64,000 nucleotides of DNA from a virus (IMGVR_UViG_3300021514_000002:32001-96000), one strand, 5' to 3'. Shown: positions 48,739 to 58,648, counted from the stretch's first letter. Numbers and translations are program-made. The notes: generated from the letters alone by a model not told the origin.

Positions 48739-49134
48739 TTACGAGGTACCTTCTTCTTTAAGAAAATCGTCAATAAAACTTTTTAATATTGTACAAGTTT
48801 CCATATCACATAACATACCATCAATGTGTGAACAGCCCTGTGTTTTGTATACAGCACATGATCCTACGGGGTCATTGTAAGATATATAGTAGTTGTTTTC
48901 TTCCATGCGGTTTTGTCTTACAGCTTCAGGTTGCCCTAAATTATGTGTAATATTCATATGGATGCGGTACGCTGTCCAAAAATTTTCAACGGACGATTCA
49001 ATATATTTTATTATATTTGCCCGTTCGGGTATTGTGTCTTTAATTCCCCATCCATCACTCAGCATTTGGTTAATATCGTCGTGCAATTCAGTCAAAAATT
49101 GCGTTTTTAGATGTTGGTCATTTAAATGTCGCAT
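48739..49134 (-). CDS. hypothetical protein
   Basis: ORF track. Confidence 0.5.
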   Translation of the reverse strand: MRHLNDQHLKTQFLTELHDDINQMLSDGWGIKDTIPERANIIKYIESSVENFWTAYRIHMNITHNLGQPEAVRQNRMEENNYYISYNDPVGSCAVYKTQGCSHIDGMLCDMETCTILKSFIDDFLKEEGTS

Positions 49135-49577
49135 ATGAATATATTTACATCAGGAAAATCTGAAGAGACCTTCTCAATGATAGGTTTAACTTCATCTTCC
49201 CATGAAAGTCCACCTAAACCACATCCTATCTTTGGCATATACACAGGAAGATCGAAAGCTTCTGCATATTCAACGGCAGCGTTTGTACATTTTGCAACAG
49301 CATGTGGATCGGCGTATCGTTTACCATCGCTACCATAGTTTATTTGCGTATAACCATTGGCTATAACTAATTTAGGATGTTCAGAACGCATATAAAATTC
49401 TGTAAGACCAAGCAAATGCTTTCCTGTACCATTTTCTTTATAAGATTCATAGACGAATGGCCATTTACGCATTATTGCAAGTGCAATTCCACTTCCCATG
49501 GCTCCCGATGTATTTACTCCTTGTAATATTATCCCTTCTTCTACAGTTGTAATGTTTTTTGTAATATATTCAATCAT
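49122..49577 (-). CDS. macrodomain protein (DarG/Poa1-like)
   Basis: QGVN..G.MGSGIA..I...P, MPKIGCGLGGLSW. Confidence 0.85.
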   Translation of the reverse strand: MIEYITKNITTVEEGIILQGVNTSGAMGSGIALAIMRKWPFVYESYKENGTGKHLLGLTEFYMRSEHPKLVIANGYTQINYGSDGKRYADPHAVAKCTNAAVEYAEAFDLPVYMPKIGCGLGGLSWEDEVKPIIEKVSSDFPDVNIFICDI

Positions 49578-49693
49578 TTAATTCAACCCTTGTTTTGTGC
49601 TTTATTGTATTATATAACAAATAACTATTTTTGTCAACTTTTAAGTGTAATTGTATAAATACATTTATGTGTGGTGCTGCAAAGGGGGAAAAC

Positions 49694-50593
49694 ATGGGAA
49701 CAAGAATACAAGGTAAAAAAAATACTAAATTTACAAATGACGAAATTTATAAGTTGTGTATAAAATATAATATTGAGTTATTAGATAATGAATATGTTGG
49801 TAATAATTATTGCCATACTTGGTTTTGTAAAGAACATAAAAAAGAACAGGTTCAACGTTTAGATAAAATACAGAGAAGTGGTGGATTAAAATGTTGTAGT
49901 CATGCAAAAAAATTAGCAAGTAACAAACAAGAACTTGATGAAATAGAAAAACAACTCAATATTACTTTATTATCAGAATATTTTTCAAATAGTAAACCTC
50001 TAACATGGAAATGTAATAAACATAATAAAATTTTTAATAGATCGTTGCAAATTATTCGCAGAACCTCACAACCCCCATGTTGTAAATGTGAAGAAAAATT
50101 AACCATAGTAAAAAATATAATTGAACCATTGGGGTATGTTTTATTAGATAAGGAATATAGTGGCTCGACGCATACTTGGTATTGCGTCCATCATGATAGA
50201 ACATATTACAATAGACGTACTACATATAAGGATTTTGAACATGGACAATTATTAAAATGTTGTGCAAATGAAAGAAATAGTGGTAAAAATCACCCTAATT
50301 ATAATCATAATGTGACAGATGAACAACGTGCAAATGATCGACGTTCTCAAAAAAATAAAACTTGGAGACAACAAGTGATAAAGCGTGATAACTTAACATG
50401 TCAACGTTGTAGTATATCGGAAACTAAAATAGTTGCACATCATCTTGAAAATTATTTAGAAAATCCAGAACTACGATATGAACCATCTAATGGGATAACA
50501 TTGTGTGTCCCCTGTCATATAGCATTTCATTCTATATATGGCAAGGGGAATACAACAAAAATCCAAACCGAAGAATGGATCAACGATTACTAA
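49694..50593 (+). mobile_element. HNH homing-endonuclease-like protein with Zn-finger repeats
   Basis: W.C..H repeats; CQRC...AHH...NGITLC..CH; antisense to neighbours; TATAAATA at 49654-49661. Confidence 0.8.
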
Positions 50594-51096
50594 TCAAAAC
50601 TGCCACCACTGTCACTTCCGCCACTATCATAGCTACCACCACTATCGTAAGAACTACCACTATCGTAAGATGGTTCTGGTGCTGAATAAGATGGTTCTGG
50701 GGTAGGAGCTATGTATGGTTCTGGTGCAACGTAGGTTTCACGAACTTCTTCTACTGCGGCGTCAATTGCCGACACATCATCCTCAATGCTGCTTGTTTCT
50801 TCAACAACATCGGCAGTAATTTCAGCTGCTTCTACATCTTGTGCATCAAAAACGTCAGTCAAAAGTGCGAGTAATATTAGGTCTTCAATCAGACTGTCAT
50901 CATTGACACTGTAATAACGACCACCACGACGATAATATTTCGCACGATAGTGACTGGTACTTTGGAAATGTTCTGAGTTTTTCTTTAATTGTTCAAGCAC
51001 GTCCGCCCTTTTTACCGCCTCGGTTGAAGGTGTTGGCGCAGCAAGAGTTTCTTTCTTCTTACCAAAGCCAAAAAATGATTTGATCCAATTCCACAT
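50590..51096 (-). CDS. hypothetical protein with SYDSGG low-complexity tail
   Basis: ORF track; repeated SYDSG units. Confidence 0.65.
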   Translation of the reverse strand: MWNWIKSFFGFGKKKETLAAPTPSTEAVKRADVLEQLKKNSEHFQSTSHYRAKYYRRGGRYYSVNDDSLIEDLILLALLTDVFDAQDVEAAEITADVVEETSSIEDDVSAIDAAVEEVRETYVAPEPYIAPTPEPSYSAPEPSYDSGSSYDSGGSYDSGGSDSGGSFD

Positions 51097-51187
51097 ATTT
51101 AAATCCTCTTATTTTATAGTTAACATTATTAATCTGTAATAATATTAACACAATAATAACTAAAATGCAAGCTTAATTGGTTAAAAA

Positions 51188-51535
51188 TTAACAACCTGGT
51201 AATTCATCTTCTTTTATTTCTATAACGATTTCGTCTAATGTTTCAACCACAAGATCAATTTCTATATCCCCATTTTCGAATCGCTTTTGCTCCTCAAAAG
51301 GGACAGCCATCGTTCTATAATGTTCCATCATGACACATTGTAATACACCTATCGCATCGTTTATTTCACCGTATGATTCACTATAGCACATTCGCAATAA
51401 ACGTGTAATAGAATAATTCAAATTTCCTTCCATGTTATTCAGATCATCATCTAATTCTAAATCTACTAATGCTTTATGTAAATTATCTATAACTGTATCT
51501 AGGGCATCTCTTTTTGATTGTTTAATGTATGGCAT
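51188..51535 (-). CDS. conserved phage hypothetical protein
   Basis: MPYIK...G.LNY.IT...E.YR...P.E..K...NGD. Confidence 0.65.
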   Translation of the reverse strand: MPYIKQSKRDALDTVIDNLHKALVDLELDDDLNNMEGNLNYSITRLLRMCYSESYGEINDAIGVLQCVMMEHYRTMAVPFEEQKRFENGDIEIDLVVETLDEIVIEIKEDELPGC

Positions 51536-51538
51536 GTG

Positions 51539-51961
51539 TTAATCTCCTATAACTTTCATTGCATCTTCATAATTTGTTATCGCGTGTGAAACATTAGGAA
51601 TAAATTTATCATTTAATGTATCTTTTACTAATTCCATTATTTCAAATGAACAATTGTCAGGATGTTTAATACTGTCCGCCTCTGGATTTTCTTCGCTTAA
51701 AGGATTCACTAAACATTCCCAAAGACCATATGTATTTCGTATCCACATTCCAAATCCAAGATGTTCCATGGCTAAATCACTACTATTAATACCCTTAAAA
51801 TATAATTTATCTTCTTCTGATAATCTATTAGTAATAATATCGTAAATAATCTCATCACGCGTTAGAAGCATGTCAGAAGTGAGACCAATCGTAACACCTT
51901 CTTCATATTCAAAATTTTTATCTTTTATTACATTATTTTCTTTAACTATATAATTTACCAC
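51539..51961 (-). CDS. DUF6794-like protein
   Basis: H.GFGMWIRN.YGLW...HPD..S. Confidence 0.55.
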   Translation of the reverse strand: MVNYIVKENNVIKDKNFEYEEGVTIGLTSDMLLTRDEIIYDIITNRLSEEDKLYFKGINSSDLAMEHLGFGMWIRNTYGLWECLVNPLSEENPEADSIKHPDNCSFEIMELVKDTLNDKFIPNVSHAITNYEDAMKVIGD

Positions 51962-52027
51962 TCATCTTTCTCCAAAATCACACATCATTTTTGTATTATA
52001 ACGCGTATATTAATATTTTTCAACCAG

Positions 52028-52255
52028 TTATAGAATTTCCATTGAAGCATTAAATCGTTTATCATTAATACTAGTTTTTAATATCTTAATAACATCAGGC
52101 CATAACATACCAACGGTTATTTCAATATCATATACTAGGTTTAAATAAATTCTAAGTTCTTCTAAATTTTCAAAGGTATCAATATCTAACGATGAATCAT
52201 CTTGACCAATTAGTATACCAATTTGTACTATTGAAAATTGATACGAATCTGTCAT
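52028..52255 (-). CDS. hypothetical protein ending FNASMEIL
   Basis: ORF track. Confidence 0.45.
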   Translation of the reverse strand: MTDSYQFSIVQIGILIGQDDSSLDIDTFENLEELRIYLNLVYDIEITVGMLWPDVIKILKTSINDKRFNASMEIL

Positions 52256-52827
52256 TGTCTAATACCATATTCATCTAAATTATCAAAGAAGAAATCAACA
52301 AACACATCTTCTTCATTTTCGTTTTTAAAATTGAACACAGGGATTTCCATTTCATTGGCATAAGCAATCGCTTGTCCAGTACCACCCGTTTCTTTCGAGC
52401 GGGTTTCTTTTGTGGTACATCCATCTGGTGTCCAACATAAAATAAATTTGCTTGGTTCATCTAAACCAAACCCCATAACTTGTTGCATATTTCTAGCCAT
52501 GAATTTTTTTGTTGATTGTTTTATATGTTTCCATGATGCACCATATATGTCACCTGCAACTTCAAAAGCTTCAATTGGTATATTATATAACGGTGAATCT
52601 GAACCATTAAAACATTCCCATGGAAGATATATTTCTTTTTTGCCATTTGCTTTATCGCAACCATTTTCAAATGCATGATCGGCACCATCCGCAGCACCGC
52701 TGCGAAGTGTCATACCTAATTTACCTAACCAATATCCCCATCTTCTAAGACGTGATAATGGTGTTGCTTCCAAATGATCAATCATTGGACCTGGTGTTAA
52801 ACGAGCACCGATTCCAGTATAAAACAT
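52252..52827 (-). CDS. SLOG/DprA-like nucleotide-binding protein
   Basis: YTGIGAR.TP, LRSGAADGAD.AFE, ARN, GGTGQAI. Confidence 0.75.
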   Translation of the reverse strand: MFYTGIGARLTPGPMIDHLEATPLSRLRRWGYWLGKLGMTLRSGAADGADHAFENGCDKANGKKEIYLPWECFNGSDSPLYNIPIEAFEVAGDIYGASWKHIKQSTKKFMARNMQQVMGFGLDEPSKFILCWTPDGCTTKETRSKETGGTGQAIAYANEMEIPVFNFKNENEEDVFVDFFFDNLDEYGIRQ

Positions 52828-52833
52828 TATTAT

Positions 52834-53808
52834 CTAAAACCCCATCTTCTTTTCATTATCTTCATAATAAGATACGGTTGCTTCCATCATTGACTGTAAA
52901 CGTTTAGCCGCTTCATTAACCGTTTTACCAAAACATTCCACGGATATGATAAGTTCTTTTAAATGTGCTACAGAAAATCCTTTTGATAACTCGACCCAAG
53001 TTTCTAATTCCCGCTGATTATTATTAAGTCGTGGATTTTTGCATGAAAGGTAATGTTTTCTTGCTGCGTCTGTTGGCATTCCAATTTTTATAATTTCATC
53101 GAAACGGCTTGGACGATTTATAAATCGTTTATCAAGTCTTTGTGGATAATTTGTCGTTGCAACAAACACAACGTTATCGATTTGCAATTCGCCATCTAAC
53201 ATTGCTAACACTTCCGATTCGCCATATTCCTGAACGATAGCATCTATATCTTCAAAAATACAAACCAATGGACGCTTTGGTTCAATGCGCCGTAAAATAT
53301 CTAAACCACTAGATGTTAATGATGGGTTAACACAATATACGGTGATACCACCAGCATCAACGATCTGTTTAGATAACTGTTGAACTGTCGAAGTCTTGCC
53401 ACTACCAGGAGGTCCCCATAGCATAATACCGCGCTTCCATAAAAAACCGTAATCACGGAATATATCTTCGCGTCCCCAAAACTCTTCAATATGTTTTAAT
53501 ACGTGTTCGGAATTACTATCGGGAAGTACAATGAGATTATCTAAATTAATATCACGTTTGGAAAAATACACACCTGATGATGAAGAATGTTTAACAACAT
53601 ATTGCCCCGGTGTAAGTTCATCAACAGCAGATTCGGCAGGGAAGAAATCTTGTCCAGAGGTTGCCCACATTTTAACGTCTATCCTTTTGTCCTTATCCTC
53701 GTCTGAAGCTGATTCGTCTATAGAATCAGCACGTGGCGGATATTTCGCACCTGTGGATTGTTTATTGGTGTTGACAATTTCAACAAATTCATCTATATCA
53801 TCTTTCAT
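52834..53808 (-). CDS. AAA+ ATPase
   Basis: GPPGSGKT, FEDID, TTNYP..LD.RF..RPSRFD. Confidence 0.9.
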   Translation of the reverse strand: MKDDIDEFVEIVNTNKQSTGAKYPPRADSIDESASDEDKDKRIDVKMWATSGQDFFPAESAVDELTPGQYVVKHSSSSGVYFSKRDINLDNLIVLPDSNSEHVLKHIEEFWGREDIFRDYGFLWKRGIMLWGPPGSGKTSTVQQLSKQIVDAGGITVYCVNPSLTSSGLDILRRIEPKRPLVCIFEDIDAIVQEYGESEVLAMLDGELQIDNVVFVATTNYPQRLDKRFINRPSRFDEIIKIGMPTDAARKHYLSCKNPRLNNNQRELETWVELSKGFSVAHLKELIISVECFGKTVNEAAKRLQSMMEATVSYYEDNEKKMGF

Positions 53809-53817
53809 TATTATACC

Positions 53818-54081
53818 TTAATTTATATGTGTTGTATCGAATTTATACCAGCCCATTTTATTCATTTCAGCTTCCGGTAATGATTGGACAGTTACACCAG
53901 CGCGGGTACATAATATAGTAACGTCGTCTGGTATAGTTGGTTGTAATTGTTCAGCAAACAATTGCATTTGTGTAGGATGAATATCATCGGGAAATGTTAT
54001 AACAACAACATCGCCAGCATGAGGACTTAGCGTCTGAAAAGCTATAGTAGCTTTATTATATACTTTATAATCATCTTCCAC
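53818..54081 (-). CDS. hypothetical protein
   Basis: ORF track. Confidence 0.5.
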   Translation of the reverse strand: MEDDYKVYNKATIAFQTLSPHAGDVVVITFPDDIHPTQMQLFAEQLQPTIPDDVTILCTRAGVTVQSLPEAEMNKMGWYKFDTTHIN

Positions 54082-54526
54082 TTAATAACTCCTTGACAAC
54101 TTTACTTGCCAATCCACCATCATATTGACCAGCGTAGTTATATTTTAACCACTTCATTACCGAACCCATTAACTTGGGCGAGATTTCATCAAGTGTAACA
54201 ATACGGGTTTGAACGGCGGTGCGAATATCTTCTTCTGTCATCTGTGATGGTAAATAGTGTGATAATAAATCATTTTCATCCCGTGCGTTCAGATATGAAT
54301 TTGATTCAGATTCTGCGTAACCCATTAACTCTGTATTATTTTTAACGAATTTTTTAATTACTGCGACAACTTCTTCATCCGTTGTTTCGCGATTACCTGC
54401 GTTCTTACCAATCATAATAGCCTCACCCAGTAGAGTGGTTAATAGCGTAGCTTCTACTGTTTGGCTATTTTTTCTTGCTTGTAGTTGGTCTTTTTTGATT
54501 TGTAATATAAGAGACATAGTTTCCAC
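54071..54526 (-). CDS. GatB/YqeY-domain protein
   Basis: E...L..YLP.Q...E...MG.VM...K....G..DG. Confidence 0.8.
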   Translation of the reverse strand: METMSLILQIKKDQLQARKNSQTVEATLLTTLLGEAIMIGKNAGNRETTDEEVVAVIKKFVKNNTELMGYAESESNSYLNARDENDLLSHYLPSQMTEEDIRTAVQTRIVTLDEISPKLMGSVMKWLKYNYAGQYDGGLASKVVKELLSGR

Positions 54527-54619
54527 CTATAGTTATTTGTAATAAGTATTACATAAGGAAATGCTAATGTCAAGGTTACGAATAGAAATATAGGGAAATA
54601 CTAATAGTAAAGTTATTAC

Positions 54620-55069
54620 TTACCAAGGAATCAAATCTTCGTAACAACCACCTGTATTGATTAGGTTACGAACTAGACTTGAGCTTACAAATATATTTTC
54701 AGGTGAGGGGGTTATATAAATGGTTTGTGCATTAAATCGTCGCGTGAATGTTTCATATGTCATTTCGTAATCGAAGTCGGTATTATTTCTTAAACCGCGT
54801 ACGATTACAACAGTTTGCTTCTGTTCTGTTATATAATCATTGATATTTCCAGTGAATCCTTCAACTTTAAACATATTCATATGGTGGGATAGTGTATTTC
54901 TTACCATATCAATTCGTTTATCGTGTGTAAACATATGTTCTTTAGTATCGCTATTCATTACCAAAACAGAAACAGATGTTCCCAGTGTAGTAATACTTGC
55001 TATCTTATTAATGATATCAAGATGTCCGTTAGTTATTGGGTCAAAGCTGCCGGGATATATGAATTTCAT
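54620..55069 (-). CDS. coaD: phosphopantetheine adenylyltransferase
   Basis: YPGSFDPITNGH, RGLR...DF.YE, SSSLVR. Confidence 0.85.
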   Translation of the reverse strand: MKFIYPGSFDPITNGHLDIINKIASITTLGTSVSVLVMNSDTKEHMFTHDKRIDMVRNTLSHHMNMFKVEGFTGNINDYITEQKQTVVIVRGLRNNTDFDYEMTYETFTRRFNAQTIYITPSPENIFVSSSLVRNLINTGGCYEDLIPW

Positions 55070-55082
55070 TTATGCTCTCCAA

Positions 55083-55114
55083 ATTAAAAGGGGACATGTT
55101 TGTCCCCTTTTAAT
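55083..55114. terminator. intrinsic terminator after NAMPT
   Basis: 14-bp inverted repeat ATTAAAAGGGGACA/TGTCCCCTTTTAAT. Confidence 0.75.
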
Positions 55115-55123
55115 ATTGTTGGT

Positions 55124-56608
55124 TTACGTTGTGGCTTCCACCTGTTCACGCACTTCTTCAAACGTATATTCTTTAGTAATTTTACCATTTAAGAATACAG
55201 TTTTAAGTTGTGGATTAGGATAAACACCTTCTCTGTCAGTAAAGTAATTACCATTGACAGCATTTTTATATAACATCAATCGTCCGCGTTTACTCTTCTT
55301 ATTGGTTACGCCATCAGAAGTAATAGGATCTTTATAAACGTCGACATCTTCGCCGTCAATCTTCGCCCATGATGCTTTCATTGCAAATTGATTGGTATCG
55401 CGATCAACTTGTTGAAGCAATCCACCACCTTGACCCAAGACTACATTGTCAGAACTAAATCCATACCCAACTAATGTTGATAAGATATCTTCAATACTTT
55501 CAATATTAATACCATCACCTTGTAAAATACGAACATTATTCAGTACTTTATAACCCTTACTATTAACAGTGCTACCATAAGTAGAATCAATTAACATTGC
55601 AATTTTTGAAACAACTTCTGCAGGGTTTCCACTGTCTGGACGGATAACCAATTGTGAACCACAAGCCAAAACTTCTTCTTTTAGTTCCTTGCCCCACAAT
55701 TCACCAACAGCGTTATAGATGTCATATGAATCAGAGACCACTGAAATAATAGGATATTTTCCACCGAACTGTTTAAGCATATTACGATACGCAGCCAATT
55801 CGCCTTTTTTCATCCAAGTAGTAATAGAACTATGTTCAGCCGCTGGCACAGACCATGCTAACATGTTCCGTGTGTTGTAGTATTTCATGGCATAAATGAT
55901 ACCAGTAATAGTATCTGTACCCTTGAAATTAAGTAAGTGTGCAGAACCGCCGATACCAGCACTTTCTTTTGAACTTACGCCACGTGCGCCAAAGTCATGC
56001 AGTTTAAAATCTAAACCAGCCATAGCTGCTTCATCTGCCGTTTCTTCCATGTATTGACGGATAATCTGTTTAGAAGTCCAACTATTTGACGCAACAGTCA
56101 TAGGATACCAAACGGCTCTATGAATTGAAGTTTCAATATAAGAAGTCAACCATGGCACATTATCATCAGTATTTTCAATTGTAACAACTGCATTTTTGAA
56201 TGGTAGCACTGTACCTTCTGCGACTGCTTTTACTTCAACTGGTAAGTAACCATCTAAGTTATTGACGATATAGTCCCAACCTACGCGGTTGAAAGGCTCG
56301 CCATGTAAGAAGAAGAAAACTTCTGCTTGGTCGACCATTTCTTTGGTGACGCGCTTGGCTAGATATTTCTTTAGATAAATTTGTAAACCGTAGAAAACAG
56401 TACGTTCATATTTTCCACCGCGCGATTCAATATATGAAAACACACGTGTTGTGTTTGGAGGGTATTGTAACCAGTGACTGGCTTTATAAGAATCTACATC
56501 CAGTAAAATATTTTCTTCTGGATCAAAAGAATCAAAATCTAATTCGGGTGGGTTTGTTAGCCATTCTTGTGGAAAGCTAATTGGTTGTTCTAATGTTTTA
56601 ATATTCAT
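55124..56608 (-). CDS. nadV: nicotinamide phosphoribosyltransferase (NAMPT)
   Basis: DSYK.SH..QYP, LHDFGARG, PAAEHS, SDSYD, IRPDSG, QGDG. Confidence 0.92.
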   Translation of the reverse strand: MNIKTLEQPISFPQEWLTNPPELDFDSFDPEENILLDVDSYKASHWLQYPPNTTRVFSYIESRGGKYERTVFYGLQIYLKKYLAKRVTKEMVDQAEVFFFLHGEPFNRVGWDYIVNNLDGYLPVEVKAVAEGTVLPFKNAVVTIENTDDNVPWLTSYIETSIHRAVWYPMTVASNSWTSKQIIRQYMEETADEAAMAGLDFKLHDFGARGVSSKESAGIGGSAHLLNFKGTDTITGIIYAMKYYNTRNMLAWSVPAAEHSSITTWMKKGELAAYRNMLKQFGGKYPIISVVSDSYDIYNAVGELWGKELKEEVLACGSQLVIRPDSGNPAEVVSKIAMLIDSTYGSTVNSKGYKVLNNVRILQGDGINIESIEDILSTLVGYGFSSDNVVLGQGGGLLQQVDRDTNQFAMKASWAKIDGEDVDVYKDPITSDGVTNKKSKRGRLMLYKNAVNGNYFTDREGVYPNPQLKTVFLNGKITKEYTFEEVREQVEATT

Positions 56609-56634
56609 AGGAAATCCTCCTAAGTTGTTGTTAT

Positions 56635-56655
56635 CCGCGAAGTCTATCTTCGCGG
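56635..56655 (-). promoter_or_regulatory. GATAGAC-loop hairpin in NAMPT leader
   Basis: CCGCGAA-GATAGAC-TTCGCGG; promoter TTGACT-N17-TATAAT at 56691-56663. Confidence 0.7.
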
Positions 56656-56687
56656 GTGTTGTATTATATATTACTATAGTATATTAG

Positions 56688-56915
56688 TCAAGCCTTATTT
56701 TGGCTTTGTAAATCCAATATTACTAATGCAAGATTGGCCAATTCTACATCATCTGTAAAATTATGAAGACAGGATTGTTTTGCTTCTGTTGTTACACCAT
56801 CATTTGAAAGTAACGAAAGCACATGTGGTGATGCTTTTTTTACTCTTGTGAGTAACTCATTAATTTCATCTTCGAATTCAACAAGATCAATCTGTAATTG
56901 TTTCATTTTACCCAT
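56688..56915 (-). CDS. hypothetical protein
   Basis: ORF track. Confidence 0.45.
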   Translation of the reverse strand: MGKMKQLQIDLVEFEDEINELLTRVKKASPHVLSLLSNDGVTTEAKQSCLHNFTDDVELANLALVILDLQSQNKA

Positions 56916-57151
56916 TATATTTTCCCCTTTTTAATACAAGTATAAACATCATCACGAAATTGTGTATCGTTCAGTCCCCATTCTAATGCAAGACATTGTA
57001 ATTCACTTGGTAATTCCATAAAGAAGCTTTTTAAATCTGTCTCGTCATAAGACTTTCCACATGCCTCATATATCGCATCATGGAGACCTGCCCCGTTATT
57101 ATTCGCAAAGACTTCTTTCACCATTGCAATTTTAAATTCTGGACTAAACAT
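56915..57151 (-). CDS. hypothetical protein (paralog of 57162-57404)
   Basis: LP...Q..A.EWGL.DT.F.D.VY shared. Confidence 0.6.
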   Translation of the reverse strand: MFSPEFKIAMVKEVFANNNGAGLHDAIYEACGKSYDETDLKSFFMELPSELQCLALEWGLNDTQFRDDVYTCIKKGKI

Positions 57152-57161
57152 TATAACCTTC

Positions 57162-57404
57162 CTATATTAGCGTTCCCGCTGCCTTTTGTGTTGTAATATA
57201 AACATAAACCTCGTCACCAAAGACGGTATCGCTTAGTCCCCATTCAACCGCAGTCATTTGAATACGATGAGGTAATTTTAAAAATAATGCTATCAATTTT
57301 TCTTTAGGATGTGAAATTCCACTGGCTTCGTACACAACATCATGGAAATCATCATAATCTTCATAATTTTCAAAAAGCGAATTAACTGTTGGCATCAAAT
57401 CCAT
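57162..57404 (-). CDS. hypothetical protein (paralog of 56915-57151)
   Basis: same shared motif. Confidence 0.6.
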   Translation of the reverse strand: MDLMPTVNSLFENYEDYDDFHDVVYEASGISHPKEKLIALFLKLPHRIQMTAVEWGLSDTVFGDEVYVYITTQKAAGTLI

Positions 57405-57405
57405 A

Positions 57406-58554
57406 TTATTTCTCCGGCAATCTTGCTAACATTTGTTTTATAATGTGGTAATGATCTTCAAACATTTGATCTTCCATTTTTTCAAACACGTTCAATGGAA
57501 TCCATTTTGCTTTGTCAGCGTCGTCACTACCTTTAACCTTTGGTAATTCCCCCGCAGCCAACTCAATAATATAAGTATGTGTGATAATCCTGCCGCGCAG
57601 TGAACGTTCTGGATGTTCAAATACATGTGAGCTTTTAATACTTCCCTTCAGTACAGGAACAGGAACTTTAATTTTGGTTTCTTCGCGCAATTCACGAAGA
57701 GCACCGTCTATTGACCATTCCTTGTGATTTAAATAACCACCAGGCATCGCATATAATCCACGACCAGGCTCTGCTTTACGTCGTACTAATAATACGTGGC
57801 CTGCTTGAATTACCACCACATCCACTGTATTGAAGTATGGTTTATATGGTGCTACTACATAATTACGGCGCAAACATTCAATAGCGTTTCTTACTGCCGT
57901 TTCCGAACTACCAGTATATCGGGATATTTCGTTTTCTAAGAAATAATCTAACATAGCACTCATATCGTACATGCGATCATGTCCAATTTGAAAATTATAT
58001 TCGCGTACAAGTTGTTCATATTCACGTGTCAACATGAACGATTTTAAGTAATCATGAATTCCTTTTGGAAGATTGGTTCCAATTTTTCCATCAAAATCTT
58101 CGTTTTTGAATAAAGCTTCGCGGATATCTGTCGCATGTAAATCAGCAATATTATTTACGTTAATCGTTTTCCATTGTGGAAACATCTTAAGATAATAAGA
58201 GGTTTCATCTTTAGAATATCCAATGATACCATTTTTATCTTCATCGTTAATGTGTGGCTGAACGACTTCTTGTACTTGTTTAACCCACGCAGGATCGTTA
58301 TACATAACATCACGCAATGGTAAAATAGTAACTCTATCTTGTAATTCATAAGGTAACGATGAATAAATCATCTCAGCACGTTCATGCCATAGCCACGGAT
58401 TCTTAGGTGTACGTGGTTGATTAGCGGAGCCAATCAATATAATAACTTGATTTGCCATGTTTAAAGCTCTCATGACAGTTTCAATATGTGCATTATGTGC
58501 TGGTTGAAATCTACCAATATACATAATGTTATTGTATTCGTATTTTTGGTTCAT
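57406..58554 (-). CDS. nadM: bifunctional NMN adenylyltransferase / ADP-ribose pyrophosphatase (NadM-Nudix)
   Basis: IGRFQPAHNAH, GSAN.PR..KNP, Nudix PGG...E...G.LRELREET, GSDDA. Confidence 0.92.
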   Translation of the reverse strand: MNQKYEYNNIMYIGRFQPAHNAHIETVMRALNMANQVIILIGSANQPRTPKNPWLWHERAEMIYSSLPYELQDRVTILPLRDVMYNDPAWVKQVQEVVQPHINDEDKNGIIGYSKDETSYYLKMFPQWKTINVNNIADLHATDIREALFKNEDFDGKIGTNLPKGIHDYLKSFMLTREYEQLVREYNFQIGHDRMYDMSAMLDYFLENEISRYTGSSETAVRNAIECLRRNYVVAPYKPYFNTVDVVVIQAGHVLLVRRKAEPGRGLYAMPGGYLNHKEWSIDGALRELREETKIKVPVPVLKGSIKSSHVFEHPERSLRGRIITHTYIIELAAGELPKVKGSDDADKAKWIPLNVFEKMEDQMFEDHYHIIKQMLARLPEK

Positions 58555-58580
58555 CTGGAAATCCTCCAAATAGTAATTAT

Positions 58581-58599
58581 GATTAAGTCTGTCTCAATC
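58581..58599 (-). promoter_or_regulatory. GACAGAC-loop hairpin in nadM-Nudix leader
   Basis: GATTGA-GACAGAC-TTAATC; promoter TTGGCA-N18-TATAAT at 58642-58613. Confidence 0.6.
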
Positions 58600-58648
58600 G
58601 TTATTTGTAAATATTATAACACAATTTTCTTAATTGTGCCAATTATAA

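Noticed and set aside
50590-50720. CCACTATC-type tandem repeats as a DNA repeat element
   Set aside because: Fully explained by the SYDSGG low-complexity tail of the protein.
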